The position numbers and the translations under genes are program-made. Shown piece after piece: positions 42,426-55,369 of a stretch of 64,000 nt of DNA. Under the pieces are notes generated by a model. It saw only the letters and a list, made by a program, of their open reading frames with translations. It was not told the origin of the DNA and did no database searches. Position 1 is the first letter of the stretch. Each line of letters opens with the position of its first letter. This DNA comes from Tubulanus polymorphus (taxonomy: Eukaryota; Animalia; Nemertea). The stretch spans positions 18,173,653 through 18,237,652 of the forward strand of contig NC_134028.1 of NCBI RefSeq assembly GCF_964204645.1. The letters are read 5' to 3'.

Positions 42426-43940
42426 AAGTTACTGCGGAGCCCCAGAAATATCTTTTTTTTTCGTTCAAAAGACCTTTCGCTTGAAAATTCTTTTGTCGGA
42501 ACAAAATTTATTTCGTTCCAACCAATAATATTCTGTTCGATTGAACCAATTCGAAAAAAACGTTAGAACAAAGTTGAACAAACTTTTTTTTGTCCAAACG
42601 AAAGGATTTTTGTTCGAACAATTATTCGATTGAACAGAATCGTTTGAATTTGATCAGAATTTTCTTTTCAGAACATTAAGTTTTTCGTTCGAACAAGTAT
42701 ACTGTAAAAAGTTTTTTCTCCGAACCAAAAGTATTAAGTATTTCGTTCAACCGAAAAGAATTGTTTTCATTCAAACTTTCGTTCGAAAAAATTGTTTTCA
42801 TTTCAACAATAACATAGCTTTCAGAATGAAGAAAAGTTTTGGTTCAAACAAAAAGCGTACAAGATTTTCTTGTCAGATCATTAAGTTTTTTGGTTGAACA
42901 GCGTGTTAAGGTCGTTTTGGAAATTTACTCGGTCTGGTATATTTTGGATTACTGTGTATGTCATTTGTCAGGACATTAAACAGAAGACGACTTAGGATAC
43001 TACCTTGCGTGACTCGACTAGTTAGACCGACTTAATCCAAGATGAAGCGTTTCGTTGATTTCGGCTACAAGTTTTCGTTCAGAGATAATGCTGAGCCATT
43101 TCGGCAACCTATCATTGATACTGTTTCCTAATAGCCTTGTTTAATAATGGCTGATGTTGTACCTTATTGAATGCTTTGTCGAAATCATAAAGAGTAATTA
43201 TCGACTAACAGTCGATTTTCCAGAGTCAAATAGGACATCTGGTTCAGTTGTCCATGGTTTCAAGAAGGTCTAATTGACTGTTTGTCGAGCTTCCTCTTAT
43301 AAAACTGTATTAACCTTTGAACAGGATTCAAAGACTGTGCAGAAAACCCGTTATCGCTGCTTTGCAGCTATATTTAATTTTGTATTCTTTGATTATTATA
43401 AAAATGAGACTTTTGATCAGCGATGCTGATTAATTCCCAACCCGGATATGTGACGTAGTGTATAGAAACGAGTGATACTAAAAGTGCAAAAAATCAGTGT
43501 TGCCAGACTTCCGGAAATTTCCGGAGTTCCGGAAATCGAAACTTAAAAAAAAAATCCGGAAATTTTCTTCTCCTTACTGCGCAAAAATGCCGTTAATTTT
43601 TATTAGAACGGCCACCCATACGTTTTCGCTGTGATGATTGCACCACCACCAATCGTCATGACGACGCCGCGCAGCTCTGCGGTCGAGCGGCTTTTGTGTA
43701 AGTATACAGAGTAGTGCTTATAACTTTATTGATTTTATACTCGAATGTGTATTGTAAAATTTTGGAGTTCAATAAACTTCTGTACTGTAACCACGACTTG
43801 ACTTGCTGATGCGCCGCGCTTGTATTAGATCATCTTTATCAGAGCATTCATAGGTACGTCCCTTCAAGTTACACATCTATGATCATCTATATAGGCTTAG
43901 GCCTAAACTATCTATGATCCGTCCTTTTTTGAATGTTCCA

Positions 43941-46082
43941 TTTTTAGGCCAGCCGTAGGCTGAGCCTATTACTTTACAAATGGAGCGAATTTAAATGACA
44001 TGGTTTCCACACAAAAGGCTCGTTTGCTTGCCAAGTGAGGGCATATTCGAACAAATCACGTATTTAAGTGTAATCCATTCTCGGAATCGTAGCGAGCAGA
44101 ATTTTGAAATAGGGTCTCATAAAAATGTTTTCTGCATTTTTCACGAAAGTTAAATCGGGAAAATTTCAATTTTTATCAGCCAATCAGGAAGTTGTGTCTT
44201 CCCTGTGATTGGTTTATCTGAAAATATCAGCAGCTGTTCACGTGAATTATCGCGATTTCATTACTGGCGCTTTTGCGCATGACATCATGTATCAACACGC
44301 GACAATACTTCCGCGTTCGCTACGTGTTCGCTGATTGGCCCATTTACTGGGAAATTCCACAGAAGCCTAATGTGGTTTGTTACAAGCACTGTGATTGGCC
44401 CGACCCGATTCTGGCACGGCTTTAGCTTAGTGGGTTCGAATCCCTTGACGGGTAAAGATGTTGGATCCTATCAATATCTATTGAAACAAATAAGTTTCCC
44501 GGTTGGGCAGGCGCGGATATCTACCGGAAGTGTTCCGGTTCGATATATCGAGGTTTCTTTGAATTTTTGTTTCCGTACTTATTACCACCTAAAACCGTCT
44601 GAACAATTTTGTCACAACCAACATTTCGTTTACAGAAATCAGGTGTTTACGTGGAACCGCAGTATCGTCTACTGTTTTACTTCAGGGTTTTATTTTAAGA
44701 TTTAAAATTGTATTTCAAGATCGATTTCTATGAAATCTTTAGTTGATTTGGTGTTTGGGAGGAATTTTTATTTGCTCTACAGAAAATTCATCCTTGACAA
44801 TTGCGCAAGGTTCGCGAAAAAAAAGGTTTTACCAAATCGGGTGTATGACCTTGATATGATAATTAGCCATGTGCTCGAATTGCAAATTCAATCAAATTTT
44901 ATTCTGCCAAAAAAATGTTAAATACAATTCGCTTTCCGAGAGTTAATGTTATGCTGCATGGAACAAAGTTGTTTTGAGATGGGTCTTGAAGCTATTGAGG
45001 TCGAGAGATAACCATCTAGATAGTTCGTGAGTTCCAAAGTTTTGAAGACGCTTCAAGGTAATGTCTTTATAATATTTGGTTTATACGTGTATCTACCCTA
45101 GACACATCTTCAGGCCAAAAACTGGCCCTCTCAGATTCAAGATGGCCGACTGGCAGCCATTGTTGTTCGCCAAAATCAGCACTTTTTACACATTTTTGAA
45201 GTTTTCGAGGGAAATTTTGAAGACACTTTTATCTATAACCTTGATCATTCGTATATATTTGTATCCCCCGAGGGCCCATTGGCATGAGAAAAATTGGGTC
45301 GATCGGACTCAAGATGGCCGTCCTGTAACCTTTTTTGTTCCCAAAAATGTCAATTTTGGCCTGAATTCTGAGTACTGTAGCTTTCTAATGGTGTGCCATG
45401 TTTCATTGCAATTTGTAATGGATATTCTTTGGAAAGGGATCTTTTATATCAGAGAGGGTATTTTTGACCAGGCAATTATGACACACTTGGCGGCCATCTT
45501 GGGGTCATCAGTACTCATTCGTAGGTGGGAAAAAAGTTTTTCCACATAATAATTGATACTTAAGCATATTTTGCTACCATAATCAATTGGAAAGTTGCAG
45601 CTCATGACATGTTCTATGATCGAGGTGAGTTTCAAGCTCATTGGTTTTTGTTTATGGCCCCCAGGGGGCGTTGAACAATACCATAACTTAGTATTTCTAT
45701 ATTACATTCGTACCTATGCATATTTTGCTACCACAATCAATTGGAAAGTTGTAGCTCATGACATGGTTTCGACATTATATTGATACCTAAGCATATTTTG
45801 TTAAAACAATAAATTAGAAAGTTGTAGCTTATAAGCTGTTCTGTGATTTTGGTGAGTTTCAAGCTCATTGGTTTTTGTATATGGCCACCAGGGGCGTTGA
45901 ACAATACAATAACTTCGTATTTCTATATTACATTCGTTCCTGCTGTCTGTGTTAACACACGATTTTACTATGTAAATGATATTGAGCAGGGAGTGTATAT
46001 TGATAAATATAACCCACAGATTACATCATTTATTAAAAGCAAATCTGACAGGCTGGCCATTGTGCCCCTTGGGGCTCTTGTT
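43941..46082 (+). mobile_element. Helentron-like element, family C copy 2
   Basis: Near-identical to 9497-11738 apart from indels. Confidence 0.82.
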
Positions 46083-47059
46083 TTAATTTTCAATAGGCCC
46101 GTATGCGATAGTTCCCCGGAAAATGAGTTGCATAATATTCACGGATAAATTGATTATTAACGAAATTTTAAATATTTCCTTGCCAACTAAGCGCTCAAGC
46201 GCTACGATCTTGAATTTGTGAGCGTTCATCGGCGCATTTGAACTGCAATAATTCAGGACTCGACCCGTAATGCGTGAGAAGATGCTGATCGTCAACGAAT
46301 GAGGATGTGCCACATTGGAAATAGCCATTACCTTCCAGAATATAATAAGTTGTTCATGGGTTCACGATCGCTCTAAGTGCTCGGAAAACGCTTCTAATTT
46401 TTGAAATTTTTTTGGGGGAGACCCCCAAACCCCCTGACGCCCCAGAATGAAGGAATTTGCAACTACATACATGTAGCATAGCATATTTCTTGTCGTGGAG
46501 CAGTGAGCATTCATAATCGTTTTAAAGTCATTCCCTATTTGGTAAAACTACTATGAGAGGATGACTGATATAGACATTGCCGATATTTCTGTGGGCTGAG
46601 GTAGTCTTATCCAGTACTGGACCATAAAAGCAACCTGAAACCGTAAACTTGTTTGTGTAGTATCCCAGCCTAGCCTGTGCCATCCCATGTAATAGTAATT
46701 TGTGCTACATACATACATTGAATATCCAGTATGTTGTATACACTACAACTTAAGTGGGTCACTGGGTAAAGCCAGTAACACCAGTACAGTATTCGAAGGA
46801 ATAATCACATTTATCACTATCACAATACAAATGGAGTGAATTTAAATAACCTGGTTTCCAGAGCAAAAATCCTATGAAGCAGAATTTTGAAAAAGGGCCT
46901 CGTTCAAATTTATGTGAGCGTTTTTGCCAAAATCTGAGCAAAAGATATCTGTTTTAAAAAGCCAATCAGAAAGCAAAGACTCCCCTATGATTGGCTTAGC
47001 CGAAGAGATCAGCAGGTGTTCATGTAAACCCGTGGTACCATCTACTGTTTCACTCCCAA

Positions 47060-47958
47060 TTTTTATGCCCCTACAACACATTGTGGGGGGCATACTGTAT
47101 TCGCTTCGTCGTCCGTCCGTCTGTCAATCAGTCTGACCGCAGTGGTTTCTGTGCCCTAGCACCTCAATTCTTTGACAGATTTTCTTCACATTCAACAGTT
47201 GTGTTGTACTATATGAGGTTAGTAACTGATTAGATTTTGGGTTGTGTAGGTCTTAGGTCAAGGGGACAGGAAGCCATTTTGTAAGTTTCATTTCCGGGCT
47301 CTTACTCCTAATCGGTTTAAGATAATTTACTGAAATTCTATGGATGAGTTATCCTATGGACCTTGGGTAACTGATAAGATTTCCGGTCCAGTAGGGTCAA
47401 GGTCGCAGGAAGCCATTTTTTAAATTTCATTTCGGGGCTATAACTCATAAACGGTTTAAGATAACTTAATAAAACTCTATGGATGGGTTATCCTAGAGAA
47501 TGTGGGTAAGTGATTAGATTTCGGGTCCTGTTGGTCAAAGGTCAAGGTTACTAGAAGCTTTTATGTATTTTTCATTTCTGGGCTCTGTCTCATAGGCGGT
47601 TTTAGATAATTTGGTGATGGGTTATCCTAGAGACTGTGAGTAACTGAATACATTTTAGGTCCTGTAGACCAAAGGTCGAGGTCACCTGGAGATGTTTTGT
47701 ATTTTTAATTTTTGGGCTCTTAATTCATAAACGGTATAAGATAACGTTGTGAAATTTAATGGATGGGTTACCCTAGAGACTGTGAGTGACTGATAAGATT
47801 TCGAGTCCTCTAGGTCAAAGGTCAAGGTCACCGGAGGCTGTTTTGTATTTTTCATTTCCTACCTTCATAAAAAGGGTGACATACGCTCAGGGTGTATTTC
47901 AAGCTCAGGCATTTCATTTGATGTGGGTGCATCAGTTGTCTTCAGCGGCATTCTAGTT
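47060..47958 (+). mobile_element. Helentron-like element, family B copy 2, nested in an older family C-like copy
   Basis: Same termini as 23860-25845; flanks (46870-47030, 47960-48490) resemble family C. Confidence 0.72.
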
Positions 47959-48487
47959 ATTTTAAGATTTAAAATTGTATTTCAAGATCGATTTCTGTGA
48001 AATCTTTAGTTAATTTGGTTTTTGGGAGGAATATTTTTATTTGCACTACAGAAAATATCATTGACAATTATGCAAAGTCTGGGCGAAATAGCTTTTTCTC
48101 AAATCGGATGGATGATCTTGATATGTCAATTAGCCATGTGTTCAAACTGAAAATTCAATCAAATTTTAATTTGTAAAAAAATATTGAATCCAATTCAATT
48201 TTTCTTTATGGAACAATTAGTTCATCAAATCCAATTCAATTTTGTTTTATTGGGCAAATTCTAGAAAATTCAATTCAATACTGCATTCAAATCAATGCAT
48301 TAAAGACCAATGGAAAAGATTTATCTGAGGTATTTGTTCCTGCCAGCTACAGTTGCTGTCTGTGCTACTTATGAAAACACAATTGTATTGTGTAAATATT
48401 AGGTATTGACTGCTGAGCTGGGAGTGTATTTTGACAAATATAACACAATGCATAGAATGCATTATTTGCCATTTTAGGAAAAGCTGA

Positions 48488-49065
48488 CATTCATGTCCAA
48501 GGTTTGTAACTAATTCTATAAATAATATACAGTCTGTTAACTTTTGCTTGATTATGCCAAACTAAGGTAATCATAATGAGGCTATATATAGTGCTAAATC
48601 CAGAAAAGCTGCTCAAGTTTCTCTACAGATGATGAATCGTTTCGATAGAAAAAATTTCAGATGCTTCTTGAATTCATTGATGGGTTTAATAGCGACAGGC
48701 CATAGTTATATGTCTTTCATCCATTTATTTTTCACCAAAGAAATCAATTAAAAGTTCTCTTTTCAAAATGTTTAAAGGGTAACTGACACTTTTTCAAGAA
48801 TTTTCTACTATTGCAATAAAATGATTCATTATAGTATACTATTTAGATTGACAATTTGAAAGATCGAAAAAAATTTCAATTTATAGTGATATTTGATGAT
48901 TTTGATTTTGCGCGCCTCGTTTTGTTTATATCGTTCCGGAAAAACATGTGTACTGCAGGCTATTTATAGAACCTACGTCATTGAAGGGAGCTACTCAATA
49001 ATGGGGTCTGTAGAAATGAATAGAATCTTATCGTGTTCGTTTTAAGAGCTCAGTGCGATCCAACG
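48488..49065 (+). repeat. ~578-bp direct duplication of 53572-54148
   Basis: Near-identical; includes intron flank plus the Kolobok terminus TTAA|agggtaactgacac. Confidence 0.93.
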
Positions 49066-50769
49066 TTTTAAAAGGTATGTAACTTAAACCTTTTAAACCT
49101 TAGCCACCTTTATATTCTTACAATTACTTTGACTTATTGTCTTAACCTTGAGCAGCAAGTTATTATTTGATGCTGAATATACAGAGTAATGTGAATAAAG
49201 TTCTGTTTAAAAAGAAAATAGGTCAGGGCCCCCCTTACTTTAAGTTTGATTATTATTTGCAGATCTGTAGCAATGTCAGCTAATAAAATGATTCCCAAAT
49301 CATGGATATCAATCTGTTTGATTCTGGTTGTCAATGAAAATAAGGCATCTGTAAAACTCAAGTACTACAAACTACTTACTGCTAATTACTTGCACTTGAC
49401 GAAAGAGAAGCCTTTATTGAATGACCAATCCCTTTGAGCATATGGCTTTTTAAATATTTGGTGTCCAGTACAGCAATCATAAATAAATCGCCCATAGATA
49501 TGCTGAACAATTTGTGGCTATAATCAAGAGCCAACTTCTTTATGGAAAGATCTATGACCATCCACAATATCAGTCATCTGGAGAAAAAAGGTACAATCTA
49601 AGCGAAACAAAGACAAAATTAAATGGGGTTTTTGTAACAAGTTGCTCGACAATTAACAACGGTTTTCAAGTAACACTTACCATAACACAAATCCTCGTTT
49701 TCATTAATTTTTTCTTGCTGAAAGTACATATACTTGCCTAAATCAATGGAAATAAATGGAAAATTTTATAAGTTATTATATAAATGTAGAAATAATTGGC
49801 AATACTGTGCAATACCTGATCATTCAGTACATCATAATTATCGGAATTGTGGCGACTATGGTTAGTCGTTTTTCGCTACTGGACACCAACGTCGACAACA
49901 GGCTGCCGGACCATACGAGTTCCAGCGCGCCGCCACCTTCGACCGACGATTTGGTTGTTTTTCGCTACTGGACTCGATGATGATCGTACGTGGTTGCCGG
50001 CCTCCAGTATCCTTGTGGTAGTTTCATCTGTAAAATATTAAGAAATCATCAGTTATACCATACAAACCCGCCTCTTTCAGTACTGGACAGATTGTGATTT
50101 AAAAAACGCTCATGGTGTAATCTAGGCCTACTTATTACTTAGATTTAACATTACATCCCATTCATCATGAATGAAATTAAAATAAAGTTTTGCATCTGAT
50201 TTAATTGATTAAGAAGAGTAAACGCCACAGATTGTACCAATTATAGTTCACTCATTTAACATAACGTTGACAATAAGTCAAATATTTTATACAACAAAAT
50301 TAATAATACTAGCCTTGGAGCTTGAATTTAAACACCAGACTGTCTCAACTAAGAAATTAACCACGAAAATTGATTAAAAACAGCAATGAATTTGCTCAAA
50401 ATAATTGCAAATGGCGCCGTACTGACTGCATGCTCAATCCCAGTCCTTCACTAGCTGTCGTGAATGGGTTCGAATCCCAAACCTGATATTTTTTCAAAGT
50501 CGTTTTTGAACATTTGAATTTTTGTAAGTCAATAAGTGAACACTTATTGGTATAATAACTTTTATCTCATTAATTTAGCCGAATGAAAAAAAGATATTTT
50601 GTGGTCATGAAATATTTCGAAAAATACTGATCAATAAATACATTTCTTTGCTTAAAAAATATATTTTCATATCGAAAATACACAAAAAAAAGATAATAGA
50701 TTTTTATACATGAAAATACATTTTATTTTCTTAAGGGATTGGCCTTGGGTGGTACACTTGTAGAATACT

Positions 50770-51097
50770 TTCCAAGTACAGTTTTTCGTGAAGTGCACTT
50801 TCCCTATGATAAAGTGCACTAATTTTACAAAAGCAGACTCAATGAGTACACTCACCAAGTACACTATTTTATACTCACCAAGTACACTATTTTGTGAAGT
50901 GCACTTTCCCTATGAAAAAGTGCACTAATTTTACAAAAGCCGACTCAATGAGTACACTCACCGAGTACACTATTTTATGAAGTGTACTTTCCCTATGAAA
51001 AGGTGCACTAATTTCACAAAAGTAGACTCAATGAGTACACTTTGAGTGTACTTAACTCATGGAAGTGCACTTGAAGTGCACTTTATTTTCATAAAGG
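50770..51097. mobile_element. EnSpm-like terminus with subterminal repeats
   Basis: Same GTGCAC array as 5850-6243, ending ctttattttcataaagg. Confidence 0.7.
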
Positions 51098-51268
51098 AGT
51101 GCCCCTTGGGGCTCTATTTCAGCTAAATTTTGTATTTCCGAGTAGCACTTGAGGGTTATCAGTTTTGTAGCTAATTTGTAGGATAGGAATATAGTCTTAC
51201 GTATGCTGCCATTTAAGCTGTCAGCGCTGTTTTATTAGTTAATGAAGATTGCTTTGTTATTTTTCCAG

Positions 51269-51411
51269 ATGCTCCAGCAGGAACTTTGGTAGTTAGGCCA
51301 GAGGCTAAGGATCCAGATGGTAATCTTGCTCGTCTTCAGTATCGTATTCCAATTGATTCTTATGAGTTTAAGCGAGCTGATGGACAAATTCTTTTGAATT
51401 CTAATCTGAGG
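51269..51411 (+). CDS. Cadherin exon
   Basis: APAGTLVVRPEAKDPDG..LQYRI..; phase 1/0; canonical splice sites. Confidence 0.88.
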
Positions 51412-52301
51412 GTAAGGTTTGTAAAATTACAACCTTGATTTTCAAATTTCAGGTTGTTAGCCCTGAATGAGCTTTAGTACCAGCTAGCACCTGGGATTTA
51501 TACTGGGATTATATGTGTGATGAAAGCTGGACGGCCCAAATATTGGTTAACAGGGATAATAATATTCCGCCGTTCGGCGGATTTCCGCCTTTACAATCAA
51601 TTTTCATCATTACTCTGGTCGATGCAAATCAAGGAAAAAATGGGGGGATGCTGAGAATGATGACTGGTTTACTAGCATCTTAAGGATAGATTGGTATGAC
51701 CATATAAGCATTTCCCGATTCCCTATTATTAAATGCGATCATTTTCGTTAGTGGCATCTGGGGCTTCTGAAGAAAGAGGGAAAACCGATATCAAAATTCT
51801 GGGAGCCGCAATCGAAAAACAAAATTGCGATCAATTCATTTGACTTATCATACGTGGTTCGCTTGTGATTTAAATGGTTATAAATATAAAGGAGTAGGCT
51901 GTTTAACTCAGTATCTGAACTTGTCAATAAGCCCAAAAAATATACCTTTGCTGGATGATTGAATACTGAAGAACGAATTTTGGCCGTTTCAGCTTGTGAG
52001 AATTTGGTAAAATTTATTTCACATATATCCGCTAGCTGATTTGTTATTTAATACTTAACGTGCCTTACGAATATTAAATTGAATGGTAGGTAACAATGAC
52101 TTTTTTCAGGTATCTTTCATGCACCCGTCAATGAATTGGATCAACCCTCCCAGCTCATCCACTCGATTTTACACAAAATAGTTGGGGCGGTCTACTCGAT
52201 CAGAAATCTATTTTACAGCCCTTAGCAGTCCCTGTGCATTCACCTACAATTGACGTGTTTCCGTTGTGATAGTGGTGCACTCCACCTATACTCACCAATG
52301 C

Positions 52302-52986
52302 TTTTTAGCCCACTTGGGACTTTAGTCCCAGTGGGTAACTAAGTAAAACTAAGTAATATATAGTAAGTAAAATATCGCTGATTGAAAACTTAAAGCAAGA
52401 GATTTTAATTGCAAATTAACTAGAGCATGGCGGATTTAGGTTCCAATTTCCGGTTCTGACTAGCGCCATCAGTAATTCAAGAACTTGAATTTGTCGATAT
52501 CCCGTATTATGACGCAATTGGTGGCCATCTTGGTGTCATCAGTACTCATTCATAGGTGGGAAAAAGTTTTTCCACATTATATTGATACCTATATATTGCA
52601 TATTTTGTTACCACAATCCATTGGAAAGTTGTAGCTCATAATGTGTTTTATGGTTTTGGTGAGTTTCAAGGTCATTGGTTTTTGTATATGGCCACCAGGG
52701 GCATTTAATAATATAGTTATTCTATATTATATTTGTCCCTATGCATATTTTGTTACCACGATCAATTGCAAAGTTGCTGGGGCGTTGAATAGTAGAATAA
52801 CTTAGTATTTCCTTATTAGATTGGTACCTAGGCATATTTTGTTATCATGTTCAATTGCAAAGTTGTAGTTCATGACATGTTCTATGATTGTAGTGAGTGT
52901 ATATGGTCACCAGGGGGTGAAGTTGTTAGATTGTTGAACATTGGAAACCACTTCCCAAGTGGGCATGGTGTCCCTGGACCCCTAGT
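52302..52986 (+). mobile_element. Helentron-like element, family A, internally deleted
   Basis: gcccacttggga ... tcccaagtgggc subterminal IRs and 3' hairpin. Confidence 0.8.
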
Positions 52987-52998
52987 ATTTTTATTTAA

Positions 52999-53221
52999 CC
53001 GGTTAGCACTCTGGAATTTCACTATGTATATTGGAGAAATTGAAAAGGAAGCCGGTGATTTCTGTTCGGTATTTCAAGGACTTAGGTGTATAGTTTATCA
53101 TATGGGTTCAAATTCCACTGTAACCGTCTTTGTGCAGCATTCGAAGAAAGTACCGCGGCGGATCCGGGCGGCTTGAGGAGTAATCGGTAGGGCTGATATG
53201 GGTGGCTTGAGTGCTAATGGG
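52999..53221. mobile_element. piggyBac-like MITE
   Basis: TTAA|ccggttagcactc ... gagtgctaatggg|TTAA. Confidence 0.72.
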
Positions 53222-53366
53222 TTAATGAGAAATCATCATGCAGTCATGTGTGATTATTAAGTGCATGTAATATTGCTCGACAGAGATTGTTTAACTATGG
53301 GGGAGGCCCCAAAGGCCAGTGCTGCAGCATGTAAGGATTAACTTATGATTTATTTCATATCAACAG

Positions 53367-53505
53367 ACACAGTTAACTATTAATACATTGAATGGCAATG
53401 TGACAACGATAACTACTCTAAAGCCTGAGAATACAAAACAATTCTCTTTTCTAATCATTGCTGAAGATATTGCAGCGCAAGATCCTGCTCATCAGCAAGC
53501 TACTG
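53367..53505 (+). CDS. Cadherin exon (last seen in window; gene continues)
   Basis: TQLTINTLNGNVTTITTL..FSFLIIAED..QAT|gtaagt; phase 0/1. Confidence 0.85.
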
Positions 53506-54260
53506 GTAAGTAATTTCTATTTTGAATACCCAATGGCTTGGAATTGAAGTGATGAACCATATGCTTGGTTTCATTCATGTCCAAGGTTTGTAACTAATTC
53601 TATAAATAATATACAGTCTGTTAACTTTTGCTTGATTATGCCAAACAAAGGTAATCATAATGAGGCTATATATAGTGCTAAATCCAGAAAAGCTGCTCAA
53701 GTCTCTCTACAGATGATGAATCGTTTCGATAGAAAAAATTTCAGATGCTTCTTGAATTCATTGATGGGTTTAATGGCGACAGGCCATAGTTATATGTCTT
53801 TCATCCATTTATTTTTCACCAAAGAAATCAATTAAAAGTTCTCTTTTCAAAATGTTTAAAGGGTAACTGACACTTTTTCAAGAATTTTCTACTATTGCAA
53901 TAAGATGATTCATTATAGTATACTATTTAGATTGACAATTTGAAAGATCGAAAAAAATTTCAATTTATAGTGATATTTGATGATTTTGATTTTTGCGCGC
54001 CTTGTTTTTATATCGTTCCGGAAAAACACGTGTACTGCAGGCTATTTATAGAACCTACGTCATTGAAGGGAGCGACTCAATAATGGGGTCTGTAGAAATG
54101 AATAGAATCTTATCGTGTTCATTTTAAGAGCTCAGTGCGATCCAACGATGTTGTGCTGGCACTGCTGGACTATTCTTGTACTGCATTGCATCAGCGTTGC
54201 CTTACAAGCAGATACCTATATCCATGCCTTAATAACATTTTTATGGATAATCTTGTTAGG

Positions 54261-54681
54261 TGCCAATGTGGACAATGTCAGATCTTAGAGATGGAGCAGG
54301 AGTGTGTGTGCTGTAAGGAGATGACGTCGTGAAAAGTAGACTGGAATGGGCTTGGGAGGAGTCCGGACAAAATGGAGAGATCTGACGGACACGGCAGCTT
54401 TCGCTTCTATCTGTTTGAACCCTTGGGTCCTGCAGCTGATGTGGACCGAATTTAAACGGCAGTATGGACAGAAAAGTTTTGAAGGGCCAGCAAATGCGAA
54501 ATTACGACATATAGCGTACAGATCATTTTTTCGGTGGTGTTGGGGATATTTGGGCAAGGAGAATAGGAGTATTTTGTCTGCTTGTGTCGTTTCTTGTATC
54601 CGCGCACATTTCCCTGAGGACGGTTTTGAGGAGGACCATGTATATAAAGGATTTCATAATGTGTCGATTGATGGACCTTAA
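54261..54681 (+). pseudogene. P2X7 cytoplasmic-ballast-like Cys/His-rich protein (Kolobok second gene)
   Basis: CQCGQC..ECVCCKE, F..ICLNPWVL, LRHIAYRSF..W.WG.LG...R..L.ACVV..IR..FP; frameshift near 54330. Confidence 0.85.
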
Positions 54682-55369
54682 TGAATTGAAATGAAGGAAT
54701 TCAACTTAAAAATTTAAAAGACGTTCATATATTCTTTTTAACTTGTGCTGTTCTTACAGATAATTTTATAAAACAATGACATCGCTAAGATATAAAATAT
54801 AAATTATTATTGCATGTTCATAATCTATCAAACTTTTTGCTATCAATCCATTGAGTTCCAATATAAACATCTGATCACAATTAATTGTTCAAGTAAGGAG
54901 CAGTTTGGTTATGCTTAAGTAGATCAATAATTTCATTTTCAGGTTCCTATCATCAATTTTCTACAGATATTTATTGAGTGAACTGGTGTCTACAACTTTC
55001 ACTTAGACTTGTTAGCTTAGTTTCACCATTAATCTTTCCATGCAAATGTAGATATTTTGTCTTCATTACCTTAAAAGGACATGAAAAATATTTTTAGGTG
55101 GAATTATAAAACGAACACAAGATATATCATTATTCCTGATGTTGAGAAACGTACTTCGTATCTTTGAACTGCCAAATTTCAAATATATTTCTTCGTACAT
55201 TATTCTTCGAATTAAATCGTCACTTCGGGTCATCAATTTTTCAGCAGCTCTGAAAAGAGTGTATTTTTGTTAAGAAAATCACTATAATTGTCATGTTTTC
55301 ATGTGCATTACAAGATTATTTGAAATTATTCCTTCAATCTACATGCCAAGAGACTTACCATTCAATCAT

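Larger units (their letters stand above)
35348..43375 (+). mobile_element. Head-to-tail pair of Helentron-like elements, family D (35348-40725; 40726-43375)
   Basis: 5' gggttttctg..cagaaaaccc hairpin (duplicated); shared bodies 35455-36283 and 40728-41870; shared 3' ends 40350-40725 and 42875-43375 ending cagaaaacccgttatcgctgctttgcagctatatt. Confidence 0.72.

Noticed and set aside
48488-54148. LTR pair or KolobokP long direct repeats bounding one element
   Set aside because: The repeats enclose two in-phase host exons, include non-TE flank, and show no TG..CA ends or TSD.
54261-54681. Host P2X7 purinoceptor gene
   Set aside because: Only the ballast-like domain is present, it is frameshifted, and it lies inside a transposon opposite a transposase.
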